From NCBI RefSeq assembly GCF_018977255.1, contig NW_024704743.1, forward strand, positions 96,102,001-96,166,000: 64,000 bases of DNA, written 5' to 3'. The stretch comes from Callorhinchus milii (taxonomy: Eukaryota). Position 1 is the first letter of the stretch, and each line of letters begins with the position of its first letter. The translations under genes were made by a program, and so were the position numbers. A model generated the notes under the pieces. That model ran no database searches, was not told the origin of the DNA, and saw only the letters and a list, made by a program, of their open reading frames with translations. Shown here in pieces: positions 39,592-50,879 of the stretch.

Positions 39592-40552
39592 GTCAGCCTG
39601 GCTTGGTCAGTAATACTCTCGGCTCTGAGTCAGAAGGTTGTGAGTTCAAGCCCCACATCAGGACTTGGAACCTATATTGTCCATGCTGACATTCCAGTGA
39701 AGTGCTGGGGATTGCTGCAATGTTAACAACAACAACTTGGATTTATATAGCACCCTCCACGCCGGACGGCGTCTCAGAGCGTTTCACAGTAACGGATCCC
39801 GGGACCGAGCCAGGGGGAGGGGGGGAAAGGTGACCAAAGGTGTGGTCGAAAAGGTCTTCAGCAGAGACCTGAGAATAGGAAGGAAGGGAGCGAGGCGAAG
39901 GGAGTGAGGAAGGGAATTCCACAGCCTCGGGGCGTAGTGGCTGAAGGCACGGCTGCCGAGGGTGGAGTGGTGGACTCAGGGGACGAGGAGGAGGCCAGAC
40001 CTGGAGGAACGAAAGCAACGGGTACTGTTTTGAGGAGAGGCGGTCAGAGAGGTAGGGGGGTGCAGAGGAGTGTAGGGACTTGAATACAAGGGTGAGGATC
40101 TTGAAATCGATCCTCTCTGGGATAGGCAGCCAGTCCAGTTTGGCAAGGACTGGGGTGATCGGGGAGCGGAGTTTCGTGCGGCTGAGAACGCGGGCGGCAG
40201 AGTTTTGAAATGATTTGGATTTTATGGATGGTAGTGGATAGGAGACCGGCAAGGAGGTACCATCCTTCGGATGAGACATTAAATTCAAGGTGCTATCCGC
40301 CTGTTTAGGTGGACATTTAAGATCCCATGGCATTTTTCGAAAAGGCAGTTTCTCCCAAGTTTTTAGCCAACAATCCCCCAAATAAAATTGGTCATTCACT
40401 CCAGTTTGTGGGTCATTGCTGTGGGCAAATTGACTTTGTATTCACCCACAAAATACAGATAGTCACACCAACTTACAGTATATCTGTGATGTGCTTTGAG
40501 ATGCCGTCGTGATGTGGTAAGGTGTTATATCAAATGCAATGATTATTATTTA
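39592..40552 (+). mobile_element. Old DeuSINE split by an L2 insertion (SINE parts 39592-39724 and 40253-40552)
   Basis: Head and body join up when 39725-40252 is removed. Confidence 0.8.
39725..40254 (-). mobile_element. L2 LINE 3' fragment, second subfamily
   Basis: [38 protein letters not shown]; (TTG)n tail. Confidence 0.92.
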
Positions 40553-40642
40553 TTATTAACATGTCTTTAGTCCCAGTTTTGCTTTTAAACATAACTGAAA
40601 AATAATTGGGATTTTTTCATTCAAAAAGACGATTTTTTTTTT

Positions 40643-40869
40643 GCAGGTTGAATTCCAGCAGTACCCCAAAACAACCTGGAATCCCAAAGCCTTGCCTCTT
40701 GCAACCCATTATGTAATACTCCCTTGAAATAGATAAACAGGAAGCCGCCTCCAGGGTAGTGTGCATTCCACTCCAATACGTGGGAATTTGCACGTATAGG
40801 AGGTGTGTGTGGCACTCTTATTTGTTAAGGACTCTTAAACATGGTGAGGAGTTTCCGCATAGGTCTGAC
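40643..40869 (+). mobile_element. Right-end fragment of the unclassified element
   Basis: Aligns to ~58088-58327 and ends at the equivalent ggtc(a/t)gac. Confidence 0.7.
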
Positions 40870-41300
40870 CCCCACCTGGCTGACCAAAACAAACAGTGGC
40901 CATCCTTTGGCATGAACAGGAAACCAAGTTGTTCCAATAAAAAAAATATGGATCTTTTCAAATTGGTAGAGCACAATTCTGTAGCCCAAGAGATAATGAA
41001 TTATCTAATGCAAATGCAGTTGCAATTCTGGAGCTGGTGGCGCTTACTGTTCAAATGCAGACCCCACCTTATTTACTACAGGAGCTAATCGGGTTATCTG
41101 TGGATCTAACTGAAGTAGGAAGGGTGAGGAGACCACAGCCCCACACACACATTGCTACAGAAAACAGATTACAGTACACCCTGCGACCCAGTCGTGCCCA
41201 ACCCAGACAATACATCTTCCTTCCCAAGTGAATTAAACGCTTGCAAACAGGCAATGGAAAGAAAAACCATGTCAAATGATTTAACCAACACATATTTTTT

Positions 41301-41306
41301 TTTAAT
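41301..41306 (-). promoter_or_regulatory. Candidate FRAT poly(A) signal (ATTAAA)
   Basis: ATTAAA on the minus strand followed by GT/T-rich sequence, near the edge of the transposon-free block downstream of FRAT. Confidence 0.35.
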
Positions 41307-42514
41307 TCAAGACATCCTTATCCTGCAATGACAGGCACAACAGAGCACTCCGATGCGAAGTGTCATTTGCTTTTTTTTTAATATAATCAACAAAAAAAAG
41401 TTTCTTTCTTTTTTTTTAAAAAAAAGGTATTAAATATAAGCGATCGTCCCCAAATTTCCTCCTCCTCCTCCCCCCATGAGACTGGGGTCCCAGGGCCAGT
41501 GGGAGAGGAGAGGAGAGGAGAGGGGGGGTGGGGGGGGGGGGGTGTCACGACGTGTGTTGTAAACAGTTGGCGGAATTCCTGGGGAGATGTGGTCAGTGCT
41601 TGTGAAATGCACACTCCCTCCTACCGAGTGAGTGTGGGGTCAGTCCATCTGATGCACCAGAACAACTCCCCCCCCACAAAGCGTTTGTGGAAATAAAAGT
41701 CAAGTCACAAAATACGTTGCACACACACACACAAAAAAAATATATACACATCCCATCCGAGGTCAGACCGAGAAGCGACCTTCCCTTCCAGCACAAACAA
41801 CAGGCATCAGGGCAGCGTGGCACCCACTCACTGCCTGCCCTGCCCTGCCCTGCCCTGCCCTGCCCGCCTGCTGCTGCTGCTGCTGCTGCTGCTCACTGCT
41901 GTAAACATGGTGTGGCTATGTAACTTATGTTAATACCCGTTCAGGGAAAAAAAAACACCTCGAAAATCTTCAGATCGAAGAAGTCAGCAGCCAAAAAGAT
42001 CACACTGCTGACATTTGTTTGCATTGCTTCTGTTGGGGGAAATATCCCCCCTCACCCCCCCCCTCCCTCTCTCTCTCTAACCAGAGGACCGGTGCAAAAG
42101 GTTTTAATCAACGAAAACAAAACCTGCGACTGCTGGAAATCTGCATTAAATGCAGGTCAAGGCTGGGAACGACCACTCACTCACTCACTCACTCTCTCAC
42201 TGTGACAGAGAAAGGTTATTTACAGCGCCGCCGTCCATCCCCGGCACTCAGCTGTGTGTGTGGTGGTCCTGGTTCAGGACCTGCCCCGAGTGATGTGCTC
42301 CATGTGAACGTTTTAAAAAGGAGGGACGGGGGGACACACACACAATTATTATATATATATATACACACACACGCATACATATATATATATATATAAAAAA
42401 ACACAATAAAGTCACATTATTAATCAGTAGTCCCCGTGTGAAACAGTGGTGACGTGTCCGCGGCTCCTCTTCCGAAGTAAACAAGGATTTGCAGAGGTGA
42501 ACCCGACCCTCTTC

Positions 42515-43480
42515 TCCATCACCTCCTCCCTCACCATCACCCCCCTCCCATCCCCTCCCTCACCATCACCCCCTCCCTCACCATCACCATCACCCCCTCC
42601 CCCCCTCCCTCACCATCACCCCCTCCCCATCACCCCCTCCCTCACCATCACCCCCCCACACCATCACCATCACCCCCACCATCACCCCCCTCCCATCACC
42701 ATCACCCCCTCCATCACCCCCTCCACCCATCACCCCCCCCTCCCATCACCCCTCCCTCACCATCACCATCACCCCCTCCATCACCCCTCCCTCACCATCA
42801 CCCCCTCCATCACCATCACCCCCTCCCTCACCATCACCCCCTCCCTCACCATCACCATCACCCCCTCCATCACCCCCTCCCTCACCATCACCCCCTCCAT
42901 CACCATCACCCCCTCCCTCACCATCACCCCCTCCCTCACCATCACCCCCCCCTCCATCACCCCCTCCCTCACCATCACCCCCTCCTCACCATCACCCCCT
43001 CCTCACCATCACCCCCTCCCTCACCATCACCCCCTCCATCACCCCCTCCCTCACCATCACCCCCTCCATCACCATCACCCCCTCCCTCACCATCACCCCC
43101 TCCCTCACCATCACCATCACCCCTCCATCACCCCTCCCTCACCATCACCCCCCTCCCTCACCATCACCCCTCCCTCACCATCACCCCCTCCATCACCATC
43201 ACCCCCTCCATCACCCCCCCCTCACCATCACCCCTCCCTCACCATCACCCCCTCCCTCACCATCACCACTCCCCTCACCATCACCCCCTCCCTCACCATC
43301 ACCCCTCCCTCACCATCACCCCCTCCCTCACCATCACCCCTCCCTCACCATCACCATCACCCCCTCCATCACCATCACCCCCTCCCTCACCATCACCCCC
43401 CCTCACCATCACCCCCTCCCTCACCATCACCCCCTCCCTCACCATCACCCCCTCCCTCACCATCACCCCCTCCCTCACCC
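42515..43480. repeat. Minisatellite, main unit 18 bp (CATCACCCCCTCCCTCAC) with variants
   Basis: Directly visible tandem array ~100 bp downstream of the FRAT stop codon. Confidence 0.97.
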
Positions 43481-43582
43481 TCTCGCTGGTCTGTCTGTCT
43501 GTCTGTGGGTGAGTGGCAGTCAGTAAAGGACGGGCCCCCCCTCCCCTCCCCTCCCTCCCCCCCTCCCCTCCCCAGGGCTCTC

Positions 43583-44077
43583 CTACTGCAGCTCGTCGGC
43601 TAAGCCGTTCACATAGTCGGTCTCGGCGTGGAGCCGCCTGACCGCCTCCTTGATGAGGTTCCCGGACAGGATCAGTTCCTGCAGCATGTGGTGAGGGTCC
43701 GTGTGCTGCTCGGCGGCGGCTCGCTTCCTGCGGTCGGTGTAGAGGGAGCCCCGGGCTGTGAGGGCTCGGGCCGGGGCGGGGATGCGGTACGGGCTGCTGC
43801 GCTGTTGGCTGATACAGCAGATGCGGCGCTTGGCTGCGACTCGCGGCTCCTGGAGCTGTTGCTGCTGATGCTGATGTTGTTGCTGCTGCTGCTGTTGCTG
43901 GTAATGTTGCTGTTGCTGTTTGGCCGACACTCCTCCTCCTCCGCCGCCGCCGCCGCCGCTGGGTTTGCGTTGCAGCTGCAGCGTCTCCCCGATCTTCGCC
44001 ACCAGCGCGTCGATCTCCTTGGATTCCACGGTGACGGCCTGTTCCAGGAGCAGGAAACTCTCCCTGCACCGCGGCAT
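43583..44077 (-). CDS. FRAT: FRAT / GBP, GSK-3-binding protein (Wnt pathway), intronless, 164 aa
   Basis: N-terminal SFLLLEQAVTVESKEIDALVAKIGETLQL, central RSSPY and C-terminal GSK-3-binding DPHHMLQELILSGNLIKEAVRRL match the FRAT/GBP family; ATG at 44077-44075, TAG at 43585-43583; CpG-rich. FRAT1 vs FRAT2 is not assignable. Confidence 0.97.
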   Translation of the reverse strand: MPRCRESFLLLEQAVTVESKEIDALVAKIGETLQLQRKPSGGGGGGGGGVSAKQQQQHYQQQQQQQQHQHQQQQLQEPRVAAKRRICCISQQRSSPYRIPAPARALTARGSLYTDRRKRAAAEQHTDPHHMLQELILSGNLIKEAVRRLHAETDYVNGLADELQ

Positions 44078-44424
44078 GGGGTCTGTGTGTGAGTGAGAGG
44101 GGAGGAAGCTGCTGCTGCTGCTGCTGCTGTGTTTGTACTGACTTGAAGCTCCCGGGGGTGAGGGGATCCCGGGCCCCGATTCTTTCTTCTCTTTTCTTTT
44201 TTAGTAAAAAATAAAAAAAAGTTGTAAACAAATGGCCACAGCCGGGGGCGAGGTGATCACTTCACAGGGAAGGAAAACATTGCCACGCCGCTTCCTCTTT
44301 CCTCCCTGCCTTCCCCTTCTCTCCCCGACACGACACAACACAACACCTCCGACCACAAAGTTGGTGCTAAGTTCCCCCCCCACCCAGAGCCGGTGGCCGG
44401 GCAGCCAAGAGCGGGGCTGTTGGC

Positions 44425-44567
44425 GAGGGCAGGGCAGTGGCTGGGGCAGGGCAGTGGCTGGGCAGGGCAGTGGCTGGGCAGTGCAGGGCAGTGGCTGGGC
44501 AGTGCAGGGCAGTGGCAGTGCAGGGCAGTGGCTGGGCAGGGCAGTGGCAGTGCAGGGCAGTGGCAGG
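44425..44567. repeat. GC-rich tandem repeat (GCAGGGCAGTGGCTGG variants) in the FRAT 5' region
   Basis: Directly visible, about 8 units. Confidence 0.9.
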
Positions 44568-44589
44568 GGCCGCCCGCGCTCCGCCCGCC

Positions 44590-45000
44590 CTCAGCACTGA
44601 CTGAACGCTGAGCTGAGTGTAAACAAAGAGCTACGTCACCGCCCGACTACACTACACACACTCAGCACCCGGGGTGAGGGGCAGACCACCGGGGGGGGGG
44701 GGGGGGAGAGCCGCTGAACTGTTTCAACAAATGGTTTCTTTTGACCCGAACCGCGTTTGCAAACCGACTCTCTGAAAGAGCCGCCACTGATGTAACCGCT
44801 CGTGCAGCAGCCGCGGTGTGCAGCCATAACGGGTGTGTGTGTGGAACTGACTGACGCACTCACCACCCCTCCTGCTCACTCCCGTGGTGGACTCGTCGGC
44901 GGCAGTGGAATGAATGGCGCGTGACGTCAGTGGTTCCCAACAATGAGGCTGATTGTTAGAGCGCAGGCGCGGGGCGGGGGGCGGGGCGGGGGGCGGGGCT
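44590..45000 (-). promoter_or_regulatory. FRAT CpG-island promoter
   Basis: Full CRE TGACGTCA 44922-44929, NRF1-like GCGCAGGCGC 44961-44970, tandem GC boxes 44971-45000, second CRE-like site plus GC box 44631-44644; high CpG density. Confidence 0.75.
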
Positions 45001-45637
45001 AAGATGCTGAGTGGCTGAGCGGGATGGTGTTTGTTTTTAAATCTGGCGTTGGGGATGTGTGGTGTGTGCACAGTAGCAACAACTGTTACTACTACTACTA
45101 CTCCTACTATTACAACTACAACCAACAACAACAAAACAACTACAACAAACAAGCAACCACCATTTGCATTTTTTTTTAGGCCTCTCTCTTAGCGGTGTTT
45201 TTTTTGTATATTTATATGTATATATATATATATGTGCGTGTGTGTATGTATATATATAAAAGAAATCCCAAACTCTTTGCGAAAAAAAAACCAGAGGATA
45301 AAACTGGGTAGAAAATGAAGTGAATTTCTGAAGGAAAATTTCAGCTCCCTCCATGTCCTGGGCAATGTCCACCCCGGCCCCCCGCCCCCACGCACACCCC
45401 CCCACCACCACCAGCCCCCCACCCCCCCCCCCCCGTCCCCCGTCCCCGCCATGCAAATAAAATTGGTCATTCTAATTCCGGCGGGTTTGTCTACAAAATA
45501 CACAATCACTGCACTTAATAGTAAAATCCTGTGAAGTGCTTTGCGACGTCTCAACGACATGATAATAATAATCCTTGCATTTAGTATAGCGCCTTATCAC
45601 ATCTTTGAGACATCTCAAAGCGCTTCACTGAATAATT

Positions 45638-45940
45638 ATGGAGTCCTGTAGCTCAGTGATCAGCGCACTCGCCTTGCAAGCGAGAGACTTTGGTTCGATT
45701 CCCAGCAGGGCGAAACCTTGCACAAGTTTCCTTACTCCACACGCCTGATAATAATTCCTCAAGAAAAAAAACAATAAGAAATTGATCACTTCAATCCACG
45801 ATCGTTTGTGGGACACTGCTGTGCGCAATTGGCTGCTGCGTTTCGCCCACAAATATACAGTTACAGTATACTCTGTGAAGCACTTTGAGATGTCTAGAAG
45901 ACGTGAAAAGCGCTATAACAAATGCAAGAATTATTATTAT
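45638..45940 (+). mobile_element. tRNA-Ala-derived DeuSINE, variant subfamily
   Basis: Head with B box GGTTCGATTCCC, Deu core, tail and TTA repeats. Confidence 0.9.
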
Positions 45941-45999
45941 GTTATTATAGTAGACTGTAAAGTGAATTAACTGCATATTTTGTGGGCAAAGCACAGCAG

Positions 46000-46285
46000 C
46001 CACAGCACCAGAGGACATGACCTGCGATTGAAGGGGGGTAAATTCAGAACGAATCTACGCAAACACTATTTCAGTGAGCGAATAGTGAACCTATGGAACA
46101 GGCTCCATGGGGAGACTGTTGAAGCAGGAAGTGTTGATTCTTTCAAACACAGATTAGATAGTTTTCTTTTAGCAGATTACATTATGGGATATAGTACATA
46201 GGTAGATTGGGACATATGTGCATGCAACCGCCAGGAAGATAGAAGGCAAACTAGATGGACCTTAGTTTTTTTCGTCTAGCATTTC
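46000..46285 (+). mobile_element. CR1 LINE 3' end
   Basis: STRGHDLRLKGGKFRTNLRKHYFSERIVNLWNRL...SFKHRLD; ttcttatg tail repeats. Confidence 0.9.
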
Positions 46286-48876
46286 TTGTGTTCTTATGTT
46301 CTTATTTGCACACAGCAGCGTCCGACAAACATTCATGGATTGAGTGACCAAATTATTATTATTTTTTGAAGGGTGTATTACCCCAGGCTAAAGCGATCCG
46401 CCAATCGACTAACAACCGGGTTCCTACTTACTGCTAGGTAAACAGAGGAGAAAGAAACTTGCCCAACATTTGCTCTGCCTGGGAATCAAACCCAGGTCCT
46501 CTCGCTTGCGAGGCGAGTGCTCCTGAAGATGTTCCTCTTTGACCATGTTTACAATTACTCTCTTTGTGGCTCGGTGTCAAGCTCCGCTACAGTTATGCCC
46601 TCCAAAACACTACCATACATGAAGGGTGCTATATAAATGCTAGTTGTTGTTGACGTACTATATGTACAAGTTGTGGCTAGTAAAATAAAGTGTTTATTGC
46701 GGTGGTGTGCCACATGTAAATTTATCTAGGCATTTTGCTCACAAGAAGCAAACATTAACTACATTTCATACTGTACAGCTCAATCTGTTGTAGTAAGTGG
46801 CTTTGATCACCATTAGATTAGTCATAAATAGAAAACAATGGTTGAAGATTTATTTTTCCTGTAATTGGCCCGTGTGGTTCAGGAAGTAACTCAACTCGAA
46901 ACATCTAGGGCAGGCTATTACAAAAATAACAAGTAAATACAGGAATTTGTGGTTTCCTGTAGTAACTCCAAACGAATAACAAAATGCTGCCCACCCTATC
47001 TGCCTGCTAAATGGAAAGCGTTGTTTCAATTTTAATTATTTTAATCTTTTTTTAAAAAAATATTCACCCTCTATGTTCCCCTAATGCAATTGCTGCCCTC
47101 AGATGCTGAGAGGATAGATATAGGCAGTTAATCCCAAATCCGTTGAACTGCAGTACTGTTCTGTAAATGCCGGGTAGGAACCATGATATAGGGGCCTGGA
47201 ATTACTTTTCCTTCCTATGGGTATTTAATCACCAAACTATTACTCTGCCATGATGGAGCAGTTCAGATTCAGAACTCAGTGTTAGCAAAGTGTGTGCCCA
47301 AAGCTACAACAACAACAAGTTACATTTATTTATTTCACATCAGAAGTTAAGCACTATCATGGCACAATATAATATTTAAAAAATTTGCAATGATATAGTG
47401 CCTTATCACATTGTTGAAATATCTCAAAGCGCTTTAAAGAATATACTGTAAACTGAATTGACTGTATATTTTGTTGGTGAAACGCAGCAGCCAATCGTGC
47501 ACATCAGTGTCACACAAACAGTCATGGATTGAGTAACCAAATTATAATAATACATTGGTCACTGTTGGAGAAGAAAAATTGGCAATTTAAAAAAACAAAA
47601 TAGATATTTATTGGAAGAGCACATGATTGGTTTTGGCTGTGTTGCTCCCAATGTTGATTTACATTGTAAAACCAATGTGTATGATGATGTCAACAAAAAG
47701 TCAGTTACATGACATATTTGGTTAGCAAACACTGTGCCCTCATTCACACTAAGAATTCTAAACAACCAGGTGAACTTCAAATCTTAAATGCGTGTATGGG
47801 TGGGGGTCGTGGGGGTCGGAGGTAAATGTCATCAGAGGCATGAAATTCCAGCTAGTGTTAACCTGTGTGGCCAGTTTGACTTAAAGTTTAAAGAACCTGT
47901 GCAAAAGAGTGGAAATTTCTTAAATTCTGTCTTAATTTGGAAACCGGTTGAAGAACCAAAGAAAGCCAGTTTCCAAATTAAAGCAGACTTTAAGATTGTT
48001 TTTTCACATTCCTGCATGATATTAAATATTAAGAAGTTCCTTACTAAGGCTAAGAGTAGGTGGAATTTGGGGTCTTAGGAGAGGCACATCTCAGAGGCAG
48101 GAAGCGAAAAAGGAGTGCAGTCAAAGGCTGACCTGAACTTAAACCCAGCCTGCATGACTGTTCAACTTTGGTGTCATTTTCTGTTAATGGCTGTTCATTA
48201 CTCCCGGAGGATAATAATTAGAAATTATTTATGATCCAGTCTATATTTTACAGTTTGTCTTTGAACTTAGAATAGTCCACTTCAAGGTTCAAAGATAGAA
48301 TATAAAAACTGAATAAGTCACATACAATTTTACAGCCTGTTTTACAATCTTCTGGTGGAAGGAAATTGTGTCAACATTTTTAAAAAATTCTTTGCTGTTA
48401 CTTTTTTTTCCCAACCTCTAGCCAGAGTGCAATTGGTGACTGAGCGGCTAAAATGGCAATCAATGTATTTCTTAGGGGATCAGTTCTGCCAGGTAATAAA
48501 TCTGCATAAGAACCTCTATCTGAAACTCTCAAGCTAAATCAATGAGGTACACAAGCTAAATCTGCTGTAATTAAGAATTAAAAATCAACATGAATACAGA
48601 TCCAATTAATTGTTTGTGATATTTATTTGCATCTCAGTTGTAACTGTTGGTGTTTTTGACACAACACTTAACTAGTGAGATTGAAATAATAGGTGTTGGG
48701 GTAATGCAGTATTATTTCTGGTGATAAATATATCACAAACTACATTCCCCCCCCCCCCCCCCACTCCCCCATTGTTTTATATCAGTGGAGCAGCAATAAA
48801 TCTAAATGATTTCTAAGTGTGCAAATACTTTCACATCAGCGTAACTTTGTCTTTATAGAGTTAATATATTTGTTGA

Positions 48877-49732
48877 GGGACTACTTTCTCCAACTGAACG
48901 TCAGCAAGACCGAGGCCCTCCTGATTGGCTCGCGCCAGTGCCTCCGCACCTCGGGCGCTGGCAGCATCAGCGTCCGCGGCTGCACACTCAACCTCATCAA
49001 ACCAGTCAGGGTGTCTTGTTTGACCCTGAACTGTCCTTTCCCCCCACATCTGTGCCATGACCAGCACTGCCTGACATCACCTCCGCAACATTGCCAGACT
49101 CTGCCACCTCAGGCTGCCGAAACCCTTACCCACGCATTAGGCATATCAAGGCTTGATTATGGAAAATCCCTCCTCATTGGCCTTCCCAAATCTTCCCTTC
49201 ACAAGCTGCAGATCATCCAAAACCCTGCAGCTCATGTACTCTCGCGCACCAGGCTCCGCGACCCCATCACTCCCACTCTCGCCCGACTCCACTGGCTCCC
49301 CATCCCCCAGAGAATCGAATTCAAGATTCTCGTCCTCACTTTCAAGGCCATCCATGGCTTTGTCCCCTCCTACTTCTCTAACCTGCTGACTCCCTACCAA
49401 CCTGCCCGCTCCCTCCGTTCAGAGGCTCCGGAATGTTCATTGTCTCCCGCCCGACCCGCCCTACCATCAGTGGCCGGACTTTCAGCCTCTCTGCCCCCAC
49501 ACTCTGGAACTCCATCCCACAGTCCCTTCGTCTCGCTTCCTCCCTTGCCTCCTTCAAGGCCGGTCTCAAGACCCTCCTCTTCGATCGTGCCTTCGGTCGC
49601 CCTCCCAACTCTCTGCCTACCCTCACCCATACCCCACCCCCATGCTCAGGTCCTGACCCCTGACTGTCCAGCGCCTTGAGATGTCCTCCCAACATGAAAG
49701 GCGCTCTATAAATGTAATTTTGTTGTTGTTGT
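48877..49732 (+). mobile_element. L2 LINE 3' fragment
   Basis: [35 protein letters not shown]; tail and (TTG)n. Confidence 0.93.
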
Positions 49733-49742
49733 AAAGAACAAG

Positions 49743-49930
49743 AACAACAACAACAAAATTACATTTATATAGTGCCTTTCACGTCGGGAGGACGTCCCAA
49801 GGTGCTGGACAGATAGAGTTTCGGACCTGAGCTGGGGGACGGGATCAGGGATGGTGGAGTGGGGGAAGCAGGGTGATTGAAAGCATGGTCGAAGAGAAGG
49901 GTCTTGAGATGGGTATTGAAGGAGGCAAGG
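49743..49930 (-). mobile_element. L2 LINE 3' end, tail-to-tail with the preceding copy
   Basis: SLASFNTHLKTLLFDHAF and intact stem-loop tail. Confidence 0.9.
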
Positions 49931-49944
49931 GAATTTTGCATCAT

Positions 49945-50163
49945 TAACACCTCTTTAACTCACCATCCTCTGCCCTCTACCCCATTTTCTCCTTTGTCTT
50001 CCTTGCCCTGCATTCCCCCTCTCTGTTAGCCCTTAAAAGCCTCTCTCTCCCAACATGCCCCAGTTCTGACGAAGGGTCATGGACCTGAAACGTTGACTCA
50101 TTTTCCTTTCTCCATAGATGCTGCCTGACCTGCTGAGTATTCCCAGTGACTTATGTTTTGTTT
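49945..50163 (+). mobile_element. Penelope-like element terminal fragment
   Basis: Pyrimidine-rich stretch, hammerhead motif, then gatgctgcctgacctgctgagtatt, which I recall as typical of shark Penelope-like ends (not searched). Confidence 0.6.
50062..50098 (+). ncRNA. Minimal type I hammerhead ribozyme
   Basis: Stem I AGTT/GACT, core CTGACGA, stem II GGTC-ATG-GACC (extendable with one bulge), GAAA, palindromic stem III (AACGTT), GUU cleavage triplet. Confidence 0.7.
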
Positions 50164-50568
50164 ACAATTGGCTAAAGAAAAATCTGAGAACAGAGGGGAT
50201 AAACAACACAGCTAAAGGTAATAATAACAACTGCTAGGTAAACAGAGGCATGTGGACTAAGGAAACTTGTCTCACGTTTCGCCTTGCCCGGGAATCAAAT
50301 CCAGGTCCTATCGCTTGGGAGACAAATGCTCTCACCGCTACAGGACTCCAAAGAGAGAACCACAAAGATACAGCAAAAAAACAAAATCTAAAATGTAGCT
50401 CCCTTCAGTATGTAAGAATTAATATTTACAGAAACAAAAGTTATCTTAATGTTTGAGTAGGGATTAATATTAATATTAATATTTGTTTTTTACCAACCTT
50501 GCAACTGAGCTAAGACAGGAACCCTGTTGGAGATCTCAGTTTAAAGTGCAACTCCATCTTATATTTTA

Positions 50569-50825
50569 AATACAATACAAAATTATATTTGTATAGCGCC
50601 TTTCACGTGGGGAGGATGTCCCAAGACGCTGGACAGTCAGGGATTTGGACCCGAGCTGGGGGTCGGGATCGGGGAGGGTGGAGGCAGGGAGGGTAGGAGG
50701 GCGGCCGAAGGCTCGGTCAAAGAGGAGAGTTTTGAGATGCGTCTTGAAGGAGGCAAGGGAGGGAGCGAGGCAAAGGGAATGTGGGATGGAGTCCCAAAGC
50801 ACTGGGGCAGAAAGGCGGAAGGCCC
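50569..50825 (-). mobile_element. L2 LINE 3' end
   Basis: AFRLSAPVLWDSIP...FKTHLKTLLFDRAF; (TTGTA)n tail. Confidence 0.9.
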
Positions 50826-50879
50826 AATCCACGTCAATTGTACTGAACATAACTGTCACTCTCAACATTTCTTTGATGC

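Noticed and set aside
42446..43603. 385-aa Pro/His/Thr-rich ORF
   Set aside because: Translation of the minisatellite, antisense to FRAT.
43299..44231. 310-aa alternative-frame ORF over FRAT, and antisense ORF 43628-44092
   Set aside because: Non-ATG starts; open frames are expected in GC-rich, repeat-rich sequence.
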